Shown: in pieces, positions 50,301 through 62,698 of the stretch | Layout of the letters: the number at the start of each line of letters is the position of its first letter | Numbering within the stretch: the stretch's first letter is position 1 | From: Lepidodermella squamata | Taxonomy: Eukaryota; Animalia; Gastrotricha | Length of the DNA: 64,000 nt | Reading direction: 5' to 3' | NCBI GenBank assembly: GCA_047495785.1 | Contig: JBLDXI010000029.1 | Coordinates: forward strand, 434,001-498,000 | Notes under the pieces: generated by a model | Databases searched by the model: none | Told to the model about the DNA's origin: nothing | What the model saw: only the letters and a program-made list of their open reading frames with translations | Made by a program: the position numbers and the translations under genes

Positions 50301-53080
50301 TTCGTCGAACAACTCCTCGTAAGGTGGATCAAGTTGTTTGGCAATTCGCGCCGCAACTGCCTTATCAACGCCGATTTCATCCTTCGCCCCAGGCATGATA
50401 TAACTTGAATACAACTGATTCGCCAGCGATTGCAATACAACATCGTCCGGGGTGACTGATTCCGTGAAAAATCTATGGTACTTCTGCAATTCGAGCCAAA
50501 ACAGAAGCGAATTAAGCCAGGATTTATTGTTAGTCTGTCGGATGAAATACTCCAAGAATTGACCGGTTAACGGCTCGAGTTTTAGCGATTTCAGCAACTT
50601 CTCCATGCGATCGCTTCCGAAAAAGTCGGCATTTTCAGCCGGAGTTTTCGGGCGGAGTGGCGGAGCTGTTTTGGCGCGTTCAATCGCCGCTGAGACTGGG
50701 CGAGAATTCGACGTAGCTTCGTCCTCGACATTCAACTCCGTGAAATATGATCGCCTAAATGGCATTTCAGGGTCGCGAGGGGACAGCGGAACTTGAGTCA
50801 GCTTGCAATTAAACCGGCTTGGTTTCGGCGGATTTTGAACCTCTTTCACCCGAGGCATGCAAGATTTCGGCCTCAGAGGTAACACTTTCGGCGTTTTCGG
50901 CTCGGCATAAACCGGTTTTTGATAACCAACCAGCTCGTTTTGATACAACTGATACTCGACGTTATTGTTCAAAAATTCCTTGGTACGAGAATTTTCATGG
51001 ACGAAAAATCGAACAGCCCAATAGCTGATAATTATTTGCATAATTTGCGGCTGAATTTTTGATAGGTGTTCGAAATTCCAGTTATCAGGGTCCTCCAAGT
51101 TCAATTGTTGGCGTAAAGCTGTTGATAAACAGAATTCGCCGCCTGGTTTTAAATATCGCTGGCGCATTGATTGCAAAAATTGACGAACAGGCGGCGTCAA
51201 CTTCAAATTTTCAACCTCCAATTTACGCTTCAATCTATCGATATCAAGCCATAGGCTGAAAATTGGCCAGCCAGAGCTTTGTTTCATAAATTTCTCGAAT
51301 GAACGTAAAATTTCGAGATTCGAAATGGCCTGGACAGATTTTTTCGGTGATTTTTCCTCGTCATCATTAGCCGGGAAAACGTCGCCGGAAATTGATTCGA
51401 CCTCGCCGTCTTCTTGTTCCAGCATCTCAGCTCGTTCGATTAACGATTTAACATCCATTGCTTTCAACTGCTCAACGTCAGGTATGCTGTTGACGATTCG
51501 CTCGAAATGAGGGTTCAACATCAAACGCGATAGCATAGCCTCGGGTGAAACCTCGCGATTCGGGAAAGCTCGTCTCAACGCGGAGATCAACGTTTGCGCG
51601 ACATGGGCATCTTGACACTTCTCCAGCCCAGCCAAGCTCTCGTTTTGATCGTTAGAAACAGCGTTCTGAATAGTAGTGTCTTTCACGCTGATTACGCTGG
51701 CAGGTCGGTCTTCGACTGTTGTTGGAGCTGGTGTCTCAGAGTCGAGATGGCGCATTTCGAGAGGGCCCAGTGGTGACCGCTCGGCGATGCAGATGACTTC
51801 AGATGGAAGAGGTATGATTGATCGGGCCGACCCTACATCGCGGCTTTTGTACGATTCGCTCATCATTTCATCACCACTATCACGACCGCTATCAGTGGTA
51901 ACGATTTCAGATAACGGTGTTGTAGTCGGAAGCGGAATTTCCGAATCAGGTCGAGAAGTTGAAGCGCTCAAGCCTAAAAATGACAGCAAATAATAAAAGT
52001 TCAAGACGAGCGAAAAAAAATGAAAGTTCGAGGGGAGGTGAGAAAAACTGAAGTTACGAAAAGGTAACAACATAATTTTGCTTACACCTAGGGGTAGACC
52101 CAACACCCGATTCTCCTGTTGAAGTCATCGATAAACCTCAAAATTTGGGTCAATTCAGATAACACGACTTACGGCTCGGTCTAGCAGATTTAGGTCGTGA
52201 CATCATTTCTGAGAGTCTTGGTGTGTTGTAATCTGATGAAAACGTGGTCGTAGTGTTTCCGCGACTCAAAGCTGATTGCGTGTAGCGCTGCCCGGCATCG
52301 GTGGTACCAGATGCCCCGTAACACACGTACGTATCCTCTAAAGCATATTTATCTGTTTTTGTGGCTTTCCGTAGCTTTGGTGGCTTCTTTGGGGGAGGAC
52401 TGTCATCATATACGACACTAGTTCGACCAGAAGCTCGATAGATAGCTGCTGCTTGGATTAGCAGTCTTCCCATTCGGTAATAATGATATAGATCGCTGTT
52501 CATAAATAATGGAAGACGGTTAGATTTGATCCATTCGTTTGCGGTTTCACTTTCCAGCATCTTAGATGAAGGAATAAACATAGTAAACGCCCAAAATTAA
52601 CGTAAGATTTTACCTCGACTGAAAACTCAGATTTTATGTTAGGGGGATCCTTGATATCGAACTCCATTGGCAACAGCGTGATGGGGCGAAAAGCATGTAA
52701 GCCCGCAAGCTTCTGCGATTCTGGCTTCGGCCTTGCATAATGAACTGCTTCGCGTATCATGGAAACGACATTTTCTCGATCAGAGCTTTTCAACTCAAAC
52801 ATGAACGTAACTGGGTTAAACCTAAGGGTTTCGGTGAAGATCTGAAAAGCAACTTCATCGAAGTGTTCATCAGCATTGCAAATTTACTCACCGGTTGAGC
52901 CAGAAATTCATTGAAACAATCTCGGAAATATCGATCCGTAGAAAGTAGCTCTTCCTAAAATTGAGAAATCGGAGATTATGACGGCGAAAAACGTTAGGAA
53001 TGACTTACGAAATCATCTTGCGATATATCGCTTGGAATCAATTTGACGGATAGACTATCAAGTGCGGGTGAATCACTCAT
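47308..53080 (-). CDS. RGS22: Regulator of G-protein signalling 22-like (multiple RGS domains), multi-exon
   Basis: Spliced N-terminus ISQDDFEELLSTDRYFRDCFNEFLAQPIFTETLRFN and WIKSNRLPLF match the RGS22 start. RGS-like boxes FWLELQKY..LYSSYI..GA..EIG, CWMDVEAYR..KYLNRKYFFG..SPA, NDLQFYDEVQKYK. Confidence 0.88.
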
Positions 53081-53234
53081 GTTCAAAACCCTAGCCTGGC
53101 AAAATGAAAGAAATTACAGTAACATATTTTCAGTAAAACACAAAACAGAATGAAATGCGCAAAACACCATTAATCTGCTTAACGTAATTATACCTCGTTG
53201 TTAACGAATAAGACCATTACTCAGCATAATCAAT

Positions 53235-53406
53235 TAGTAGGATAGTAGGATAGTAGGATAGAGAAGAGCAACTTAGGTTAACTAAGTTGCCGACTAGTTT
53301 ACGAGCGGCATGGGGCATGATCCTTAGATCAGCACTTCAGCTATTCTGACAAGAATTGGATAGAACTGTAATAGAAACACAGTCAGGATCAGGATCAGGA
53401 TCAGGA
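53235..53406. repeat. Short tandem repeats (tagtagga)x3 and (tcagga)x4 flanking a 9-bp-arm inverted repeat in the RGS22/PAIP1 divergent region
   Basis: Repeats are directly visible; gcaacttag-gttaa-ctaagttgc at 53268-53290. Confidence 0.6.
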
Positions 53407-54281
53407 ATTACGATTTCTCCTCCCCCTGATGGACTCAAGCTTTCGCCATAAGGCGGAGCTAGTGAGAAAATCGCGAGCTTACGCTCTAGGAAGTCTTCTT
53501 CGGAAAGCTACTAACTGAATCTGACCTAAAATGAAAAATGGCACCTAATGAAAGCTACTAGATGTTAGCTCTTCTGACTTGGGTGGCACGACAATGCCTT
53601 CATTACATTCTTTTTGGCTGAAATTAATTGATAATTAGCAAGTGATGATCCGAGTTATCGACTATGTTTCTTCTAGGTGATACTTACGGAATTGTGTATC
53701 CATGGTTTTATGAATTTTTGCATTCATTTTTCTGAGATAATTTAAAAATAAAATGCAAAATTTACAAAAGTAATATAGGTGAGAAATTTTTAACTTGTGG
53801 TTAGTTAAATCGGGACACGGGCGCAGGGCGACTCCTTGGAAAAAGTTCCCGCTTTCAGACCACTCCGGGCTGCGGTGGAAGGAAGCATGGAGTTTACTGT
53901 TTGAAATCGAAGAGAGCATATGGCTAGATATATTTATTTGCTATTTTTTTTTATCAGAATCAAGTTCTGCCCTGCCGGGATCCGGGATCCGGGATCTCAG
54001 GCATATTCCATGGCATTTTTATACTCATCTACCCCATCTACATGCTTCAGTCCAAGCTCATCCCAATTGGAACGGACAATGACCGATAGACCATTTGACT
54101 GTGATGTCTCATTGCGTGAATATTCTGCGACTTCTTCCGGAATGTTGCAGTGGCATTGTTGAATGTCCCGATGTTTAATGTACAATTTATTTTGTCTTGC
54201 TGAACCTTGCATTCAAACTGAATCTCGTAGATCAAATGGGACTACTGACTAAATACATGCTTATTTTATTCTAGATTAGTT

Positions 54282-55606
54282 ATGGACGAAATGAATTATC
54301 CTCAATTTCGGTTTAACCCTCAAGCCGAAGATTTTGTTCCTGCCGCATGGTCACCTCCTTCGGCGTCTGCGCCGACACCGTCGGTTGATCCGCCGGTGAC
54401 AATGAATAAAGTTGAGGTGAGTGTCTATTAATTCCCAGTTTGGTCTACAGTATTATTGAACGCCAGATGAAAACTGCTTTGAAAGATCGATTGCGATATG
54501 AGCTTGAATTAATTCAACGTGACCCTGAAGAAGTGCATACTGTCGCAATCAGCATTCGTAGAGAATACGAAGAAGCTCAAGCTTTCCGAAACGAAGTTAT
54601 CCATTTATTGCTTGATGAAATAATGGCCTTGGTAAGCATTAATTTCGTCTGAAATGAGAAGCTTAACCTGGCGTTATATAGGCTATGAGCAAAGACAGCT
54701 TCGCATACAATGGTGCTCGTTTGTGTTGTATGCTTTCCGAATTCAAAGAGCTCATGGGTAATAGAAGCTTGGAGGCTGATCAGCAGTTTTTCCACTTCGA
54801 CGATCTCCTAATGGACCGGTAAATTTCGGCGACTCATCCCCAAAATTGGCAGCTAAAGATAACTTTTTTGCAGATTGTACAATGAGTTCACGTACGCGAA
54901 AGAAGCATCGATAACGGGTAATTGCCAGCCACGTATCCATAATTTCTTGGTTTTCTTCGGGACCCTAATCACTCAGAAACAGGTAAGAACCAGTTGAACA
55001 GCTGAAGCAGGGCTAATTTTGTTGTCTTTAGATGCCGTTTTTGATCCAGCGAGAGTTATTATTTTTTCTACGGGACTTGTTGAACAATCAAAACTACTTT
55101 AAGACCATTACGACTGTAATAAAGGTATTGAGCGTCGGAGATGATCAGAAGCGATTTTAATGCATTGTCATTAGATCGGCGGGTCTTTTTTCGACTCATG
55201 CGAAAGTCGGTGGGTCCTAGATTCTGTGATGAGGCGTCTGCTGAAAGTAGCTAGGACCCTGCCAAAAGACAGCCTTTCACATCGCCAGTTATATAGCCTC
55301 GTGGAACTGCGCGCCGTAGGGTGGGACTGGGACGATACGTCAAACGATTTTGCTGCTTTAAATGTCAATGCGGCCGATGTTATAGCGCCGGCAAGTGGTT
55401 ACGAACAGATTGCGCCGTACAATTCAATGGCGTTTGGGTTTGGCCAAAATGAAATGGACGAATTCGTGCGTGAAGAGTGAGTTATTTAAGGCGTGGAATT
55501 GCTTGAATTTAATGGAAATTGGTGTTACAGTGAAATTGACGAGGAGGCTTCCGAAGCGTACGAACAATTTTTGCGCCAAACCGGTCAGCTGGGGCCAATG
55601 CCGTGA
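54282..55606 (+). CDS. PAIP1: Polyadenylate-binding protein-interacting protein 1, 6 exons
   Basis: PAM2 motif FNPQAEDFVP; MIF4G-like helices FAYNGARLC and LYSLVELRAVGW; acidic PAM1-like tail EIDEEASEAYEQFL; introns of about 50 nt. Confidence 0.85.
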
Positions 55607-56868
55607 AATGGAACCAAGTTATACGCCTCGTTGTTTCTGTGAAAGGAATGGAATCTTGATTGATTTTTGGCTGATGTTTTAATGATGATGATTGATAAAT
55701 GACGAAAAAATGAACCAAAAACTCCACCTTAATAAATATCTATAATTTTTCGGTTTTGTCAATTCTCAGTTGTGCGAATCTGTATTCATCTGCTTTGTAC
55801 CGACTCTGCAATAAATGCGCTCGTTGTTTTTCGTGGTGATGACATGAGGCATTGGCTCTTGGTGATTCGTGTAACCAACCAAACACATATTATCTGCCTG
55901 TATTTTTTTGGATGAGCTGAAAACCAGGCGTAAAAAAGTCCACTATAAGTTTTCTACTTGCGATTACTACTTTAAGCTGCTTTCTTAGTGTAAAATGTAA
56001 CATCAGATCAGCACTTTTGTACTCGTCGAGATCTTGGTGAGGAAAATATACGGCGTAGATATGATTTCATACTCAGTGGTGTAACTAGCGGTTTAATTTA
56101 CCTTGATTCCACGGGTTCGTTGATTTTTTTTGACTGGAGATTCGCACTTATTGTTTTTAAATGATCTGTCCGTGCGTGTTCATTGTCGTCTGTAAAACTT
56201 GGCATTATCATCATTTTTCAAGAGTCGAGACTTCGGCTTGAGAAAACCAGCACCAAGTTCCCGTTCCTTGAACGTATTTTTCGTGGCGAGAGGTGGTGAT
56301 GATTTTTTGGACCTAAATGAATGATGATCATCCGTGTGCGTATGTATGTTTTTTTGTTTTTCTCGTCGCGCGCGTCCTTCAATAAATCTTAACTATGTCA
56401 TCAACAGAGAGCAGTAATTTTGTTATGATCAGCATGTGTTAATCGTCTCTTCTATGACAATGCGTCGTTATAATAATAATATTCCATGAGGTGCAGTTCA
56501 TCTTTGAGTAATAACTTTGCAGAAAACATGAAATAAAAATAAATAAAACAACACTTTGAAAAAATATTGCCTGCACGTAGCGTTGAAGAAGCCGAATCAG
56601 ACTGCATAAGTCCAACAATTTAACGAATTTTTCGGGATTGTTTATTCACGAAATTCTGACATTGCAAACATCGGTGTATTTGGGAGTATTTCAACATCGC
56701 AAACACTAGCAAATGCACCCCGCGAGTAATATTCCACAAAACCGCAGAAAACGTAAGTTTCACGCCAAAACCACCTCAATTGAAGCTTCAGGATTTATAA
56801 TTGCCAATATGGCTCGTTAACTTCTTATAGTTTCCGCTACATTTACGCTGATAAAACATGGTGTTTGT

Positions 56869-59800
56869 CTAGCTTTTCTCGACCACATCAAGGACCTTGG
56901 TAACTCCCTTATTGCCCTGAGCAGCTGCCAACATACGCGCCGTTTTGCCTTCTCGGTTTTTCAAATCGACCCGCGCACCGGCCTTGATAAGCATGTCCGC
57001 GATATGGGTGAAACGTTGGAACGAAGCGTGCATCAAAGTTGTGTAACCAGCCACATCCTGCCGATTGACATTAGCTCCTTTCTCCAGCAACATCATCATC
57101 ACAACTATTTCCATTTTTCGAACTGCTCGGAACAGTGCAGTTTGCTGGATTGAATTGCTGCAAGCATCGACTGGGATTCCCATTGAGATCAGTTGCTCGC
57201 ATAGGGCTTTGTTTCCGACGCCAGCTAGCGAGATGAAAACAGTTTCTCTGAAAGATCGACCGAAGCCGTCATCAGGCAGGGAAATCAGGGGCTCGAAATT
57301 ACCAGTGAAGGCGGCTCGGGCAATTTCAATGATTCGCTCAGGTTGAGGGATTTTCATTGATAGCAGCTTGTGAGCGATCTCCCAAGAACCATCTTCAAAT
57401 GCAAATATCAGACCTGACATCAGCTCATGGTCGCTAGGAGCGCGAGTCGCATGATCAATGAATTTGCTAACTAAATCCAAATTCTTCTGTCGAACAGCAT
57501 TCGTCAAACAACACAGGCCGAACTTATTAGGCAGTAATACGTCCGAACCCGCTTTTAGAAGGGCATCGATAACAATGGCCTTATCCTTCTCGTCATTCCA
57601 ACCTGATAACGCGGTCATGAGGGGAATATCGCGAGTTTTGTTCTGTGCATTCACGTTGGCACCAAAAGCCAGCAAAGTTTGCAATACTTCGACCCTGCAA
57701 CAACTTGCGGCCTTGAATAATGGCGTTTCCTCATTTTTGTCTCTGGCCTCAAGATCAGCTCCGCAATCGATGACTTGCTTGACCAAAGCAGCTTTTCCAC
57801 TGTCACAGGCCATGTATAAGGCCGATCGGCCGTTCCGATCTTTCAATTTCATCTCGGCTCCCTGAGTAAGAAGAAATTTCGCTACCTCGCTGCGGCCTGA
57901 TCTCAGTGCAAGTGAAAGAGCCGTTTTGCCGCGATTACTTCTATCATTGACTGTGACGCCTCTATCCAAGAGAAATTTGACGCATTCAAACTGCCCAGCA
58001 GATGCAGCATGCATAAGAGGAGTGTAGCCATTAGAGTCAAATGAGTCCAACCTAGCTCCTCCTTTCGAAATAAGATATTTGACAATGTCAAGATGACCAA
58101 TTCGAAGTGCAATAACAAACGGAGTATTAGAACTCTGGTCAGTTTGATTCATGTCAGCTTTGAGATTTTCGACCAGCCATTTAACTAAATGCAGATGCCC
58201 TTCTTTAGCAGCAAGAATTAGCGCGGACCTCTTCTGAGCGTCTACAGCGTCAATTTTTGCCCCGTAATCATGTAGAACTTTCGCGGCTTCTAGATGACCA
58301 GCTTCACATGCGGTCAGAAATGGAGTCATTTTCGTCCAATCGCCAAGGCCTGACTCAACATCGGCCCCTTTTCTGAGCAACAGTTTGATGCACTCAGCAC
58401 TACCATTTCTGCAGGCTGGGATAAGAGCTGAGTCATAAACGGCATATCGGTCAAGTAGGACCTTAACCACTTTGGATCTCCCTGTCCTGGCGGCAGCAAC
58501 AAGAGGTGACTCGACCCACGAGCTTTCTGCTTCAATTTTAGCCCCATTCTCTAGCAACAGGAGGACGATTTCGACAAACCCAAGCCTCGATGCAATAAGC
58601 AAAGGGGTTTGCTTGTAATCGTCCACAGCTTGAACTTTAGCTCCATTCGACAACAGCATCTTCGTCAAATATAAATGATTAGTTTGAACAGTCGAAAGGA
58701 GCAAGCTATCGAGATTATTGCATTGCTCGAAGCTGTCCACGACAGCGAATTTTTTGATGTCGGAGTCTTCAAGCTTTGACAAGATTTTAATGACAGTTTC
58801 ACGCTTCCACTGGCTGAAAGCTGAGATTAGACTGCCTCCCCCAGCTTTCTGAATCATGTCGATTCGGATAGAAGATAGACTCCTATTCGGCTGCTCCTTC
58901 ATGCGAATCAGCTCCCAGAAAATTGGATGCAGATAGGCACAGTTTATAGCCTTTTCGTTTGTCGTCAAGCACAACAGACCAATATCTTGAAGCTGCCGGC
59001 AAACCAGCTCCGTATCAGCGGAAGTCAACTTCCAAATATCGCTTAGAAAAGGCATTGGAACGCCTTCCCAAGCGCCGAATAGAAGAAATGCGCTTAATTT
59101 AAGCCTAAAATCTTCGCCGATGGAATCAAGGGAGCCTTGGAGAGTTTCTCCAAACGGTGGGAACCGTTTTACTAGCTTTGCGTAAGATTTTTCCGAGCCG
59201 TGATTCTCGGATATTTGGCGATTCAACAGCCGCGCGGCCCAGATAATTTTCAGCGCAAGGCCGTTTGCCGCTATTGTTAACTTTCTTAGCTGATAATCAC
59301 TGAAAAAGCCTTTCAGATCTGCCTCGTAAAAGAATTCCGAAGCTTGGCTGTACGGCATGTCAGGGACCTTGTAAATATGACTCGAGTCGATGATCACTTG
59401 ACCAGATTTAGTTTTCAAAAGCTGGGAGAGGTCAGATGTTATGATGCAGCACATCAAGGAGCTGCATTCTCTGTACAGCGATTCGATTGGAGTGAACGTG
59501 TCCAAGTGATCAAAGACAAACAAGACTCGTTGCTTTTTGACCCTTTCGAAATAGTCGATGATTTGCCGGACCTGGGTGAAGGCTGCTACCTCTTTGGGAT
59601 TATATCTGCCCTCGGGATGGGCTAGCTTAGTTCCAAAGTCGATGAAATCGCGGATGAAGTTGGGATTTTGAGAATAACGCCAATGTGACCAGTTGAGCCA
59701 TGCGATCACGTCGATGCTACATTCTCGTTGGAAGAAGGTATCATTCGTCGGATCGCGAAAGACCTTGCTGAGTAAAGTGCTTTTGCCGACGCCGCTCGGA

Positions 59801-60939
59801 CCATGAACTATATAAACCGATGCTCCTGATAGTTAGAAGGAAATATCAGAACAATCTTGAAAGGATAAAGCTTTTCTCACTTCTCAATTCTTGACATGAA
59901 TAAGCTATAATCGACCGCTTCAAGGCGATTTCAGATTCAGCTCGAACGACATATCCGTCAGTGATGTATGGAACGTCGGTCAGCCTTTTATAAGGTAAAG
60001 CCTAAATCATATTAATTTTAAAATCTCTCAAATTACTGGAGCTTCGGATTTGAAGAATACAAATCATTGGGCCGATTTTTACTGACGGGAGAACGCTTTA
60101 TCACGGGAGCAGCAGAGCTATATCTGGGCGAAGTGATTTGCTGTTTATCATCCACTGCCATCTCGACTATGAGCTGAAAAGCTGTTGATAGGTTCCCTGA
60201 AGCCTGGCTGATTACACGATCAAACCAGCCATTTATTCTGGTCTTTGACCCTTTGAGTTCATGTAAGAGGATTTGCGTGAAAACTTCTCTGGGCCACGGT
60301 TCCATATTGTAGGTCTCGTTCACAATTTCATGCCAGCGAGGCTCTGATGCTCTCATAATAGTCTCGTTCCATTTCCTTGTTATCACCACACAGGGTACTG
60401 AGTATTTGTCTGCAATTTCGCTCCTGATGAATCGCAGCAGTGGAAGATGAAACACGTCATCGAAGATGATGAGTTTTCGATGGTTACTGTCCGTAGCATC
60501 CGGAAGGTCTTCAGAAGATGATTGATTAGGAGTAAATAGTGCTAAACGAAGCTTATCATTGAAGGTCTGCTTTGCAGAGTCATCAAATGCCGTATCATAT
60601 TTACGCCATCGGATGCAGTTGAAATAGACTAAATTGTCGAAATTGCATGAATTTCGGAGAAATTCCTGCTTCGATAAGCAAAATTGCATCAAATAGTCAG
60701 TTTTCCCGATTCCATCATCGCCAGAAACAAGCAAAATGTGAGCGTTTGCTAAATTAGCCAAATATTACGATATTGTAATGCAGGCAGATTGAAACCTAAC
60801 CGTCTCTTAGTCTCCGTAAAGACTGCTCGAGCGATTCGAAATCATTATGCCTGTAGCATTTAGATATCCGTTCAAAAGGTATTCCAGCAACGTATAGAGT
60901 GGGGATCTCTCTGCACTCGAGATCGTTTGAAGCCGTCAT
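56869..60939 (-). CDS. STAND/NLR-like protein: two tandem NB-ARC-like NTPase modules + about 17-18 ankyrin repeats; 4 exons, about 1,292 aa
   Basis: Exons 60939-60801, 60748-60087, 60001-59881, 59825-56869; frame closes. Module 1: GDDGIGKT, LIIFDDV, VVITR, SGNL. Module 2: GPSGVGKST, LFVFDHL, IITS, NGLAL, winged helix LSDIW...LQDIGLL, YLHP. Then TPLxxA repeats. Confidence 0.87.
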
Positions 60940-62395
60940 CGAAAAGCTATTATTACCACGGGTAGCCTATCTATATGCTTAGCATCACCTACCATTCATC
61001 GATCCTACGCACAGGACTGCCGATCAATAGAATTACCAGGTGACAGGCAAATCGATTTTAGCCGCGTGGAAACATTATAGGAACAAGTTTAAAAATTAAC
61101 TATGTCATGCCCTATATAAAAATGCAGCGGTAAGACGGAACACACGTTCAGCGTAATTTCTTGTGAACATTCTGGGAAGTTCCAGGTAAAAAAATACCGA
61201 CACCACTGAATAGCATCGATACAGATAAAAATAAGTATGTTCAAACAATCGTCAAGTGCTTTTTGCAAAAGGCGGTGAAATGGTTCCAATGAGACACATT
61301 ATCGTCCATTTGGTGGTAGCACTACTTTTCAAACGACCTGATCGGAACGTAGACCATTTTGTTATCATTTTTCAGTAATTTTGTTGAATCATTCAGTATA
61401 CTCATGCAGCCATATAGTAAAAACTCGTTTTAATTGATCGGTTATTAAGAATCAAAGCTATAATTTGGAAATACGAATTCGATAGCTACATGAGGTCGGT
61501 GTTTTTTCGCTGTACATTATTTCATCGGCATGAATTGCTCCGGGTGAAAAAAGTGGTCCACATTGCACTTAACAACAGCGCACCTCTGTACCGTTTGCAT
61601 TGGCCTGTTCAAATATTATTTAGCAAGCGAAATGATCTAACCAACACATCATACATCATCGGCATGTATGACAAAAAGACACCCTATAATAAAGTGAATA
61701 ATCACACGATGCCAACAATCAAGTTGACGCAGCTGCTATCAAAATTAAAAAATTCTGCTTCCATAGGGTTGACAGCGCTCAAAAAATTAGGCGAATCAGC
61801 TAAAAAAAATGGCACCTAGATGCCTATAGCAGTCATTATACAGCTTTTCTTTTTAATTTGATTAGCTTGTGAATAGCTTAGTACATTAATTTTGTTGGAA
61901 GCAGCGGTTGGCAATACAATCGATTGGTGAGATCTCCGCAGGGATGAATACACGGGTACGGAGACGCTACCTAAGGATATATAGTTACCGAGATTCGCGC
62001 ATACTGGCTGCATATATTAGAGGGGTGCGCGCCTAGTGGGTCGGAGACGCACCCCACGTTGGGACATGCGGAAAAAGTACCAAGTTGGTTTTCATACGCT
62101 TTGCTACTCTATTAGGCACATATTTGCCGACGCTTCTTTAATTTTTGCGCTTAAGCGTAATTCCTAATTTATCGGCGGCCAAACTACACACACAACAGCA
62201 AAGTCAGCTCGATATATTTGCTAAATCGACAATTAAGACTAGTTTACCCTTTACCTCGATCTACCTGTTTAACACATCAGAAATTACTGAAGATAGCGCT
62301 AGTCGTCGCGATTTTTGCTGCTCATACATTTGAGAAAATTAAATTGGATGTTGGTATATTCAGACCCAATCCCAACCCTAAACTTAAACTCAATC

Positions 62396-62607
62396 CACTG
62401 TAAAAGGCAGCTAAATAGCACTGAGCATAATTTTAGCTGCGGTTAGCTGCAAAATAAGAGCTATTTAAAGGGACATTGGACGGCTTATTACCAGATTCAG
62501 CTAATTAGCCCAAATATCTAATAAACCCTCCTATGTTTCTCTTAATAGTTCATAAACCGCCGACTCCATTCTTTCTCCGAGCTAATTAGCTGCCTTTTTT
62601 CTTAGTG
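62396..62607. mobile_element. Candidate non-autonomous TIR element (MITE; CACTA-like ends)
   Basis: Left end cactgtaaaaggcagctaaatagc versus right end gctaattagctgccttttttcttagtg, an imperfect inverted pair, with internal gctaattagc/tagctgc repeats. No clear target-site duplication. Confidence 0.45.
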
Positions 62608-62698
62608 GCCTGTTTGTGTGTTCGTGGTTGTTAACTATGGGTCACACTCGATGAGAAAATATGTGCTTACCTAGTTCATAATTTTAATAATATTAATA

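Noticed and set aside
7932-59625. Many antisense and alternate-frame ORFs overlapping TEKT2, DMAP1, RCL1, BLTP1, RGS22 and the ankyrin gene
   Set aside because: Shadow ORFs of GC-richer coding exons with no independent domain signal.
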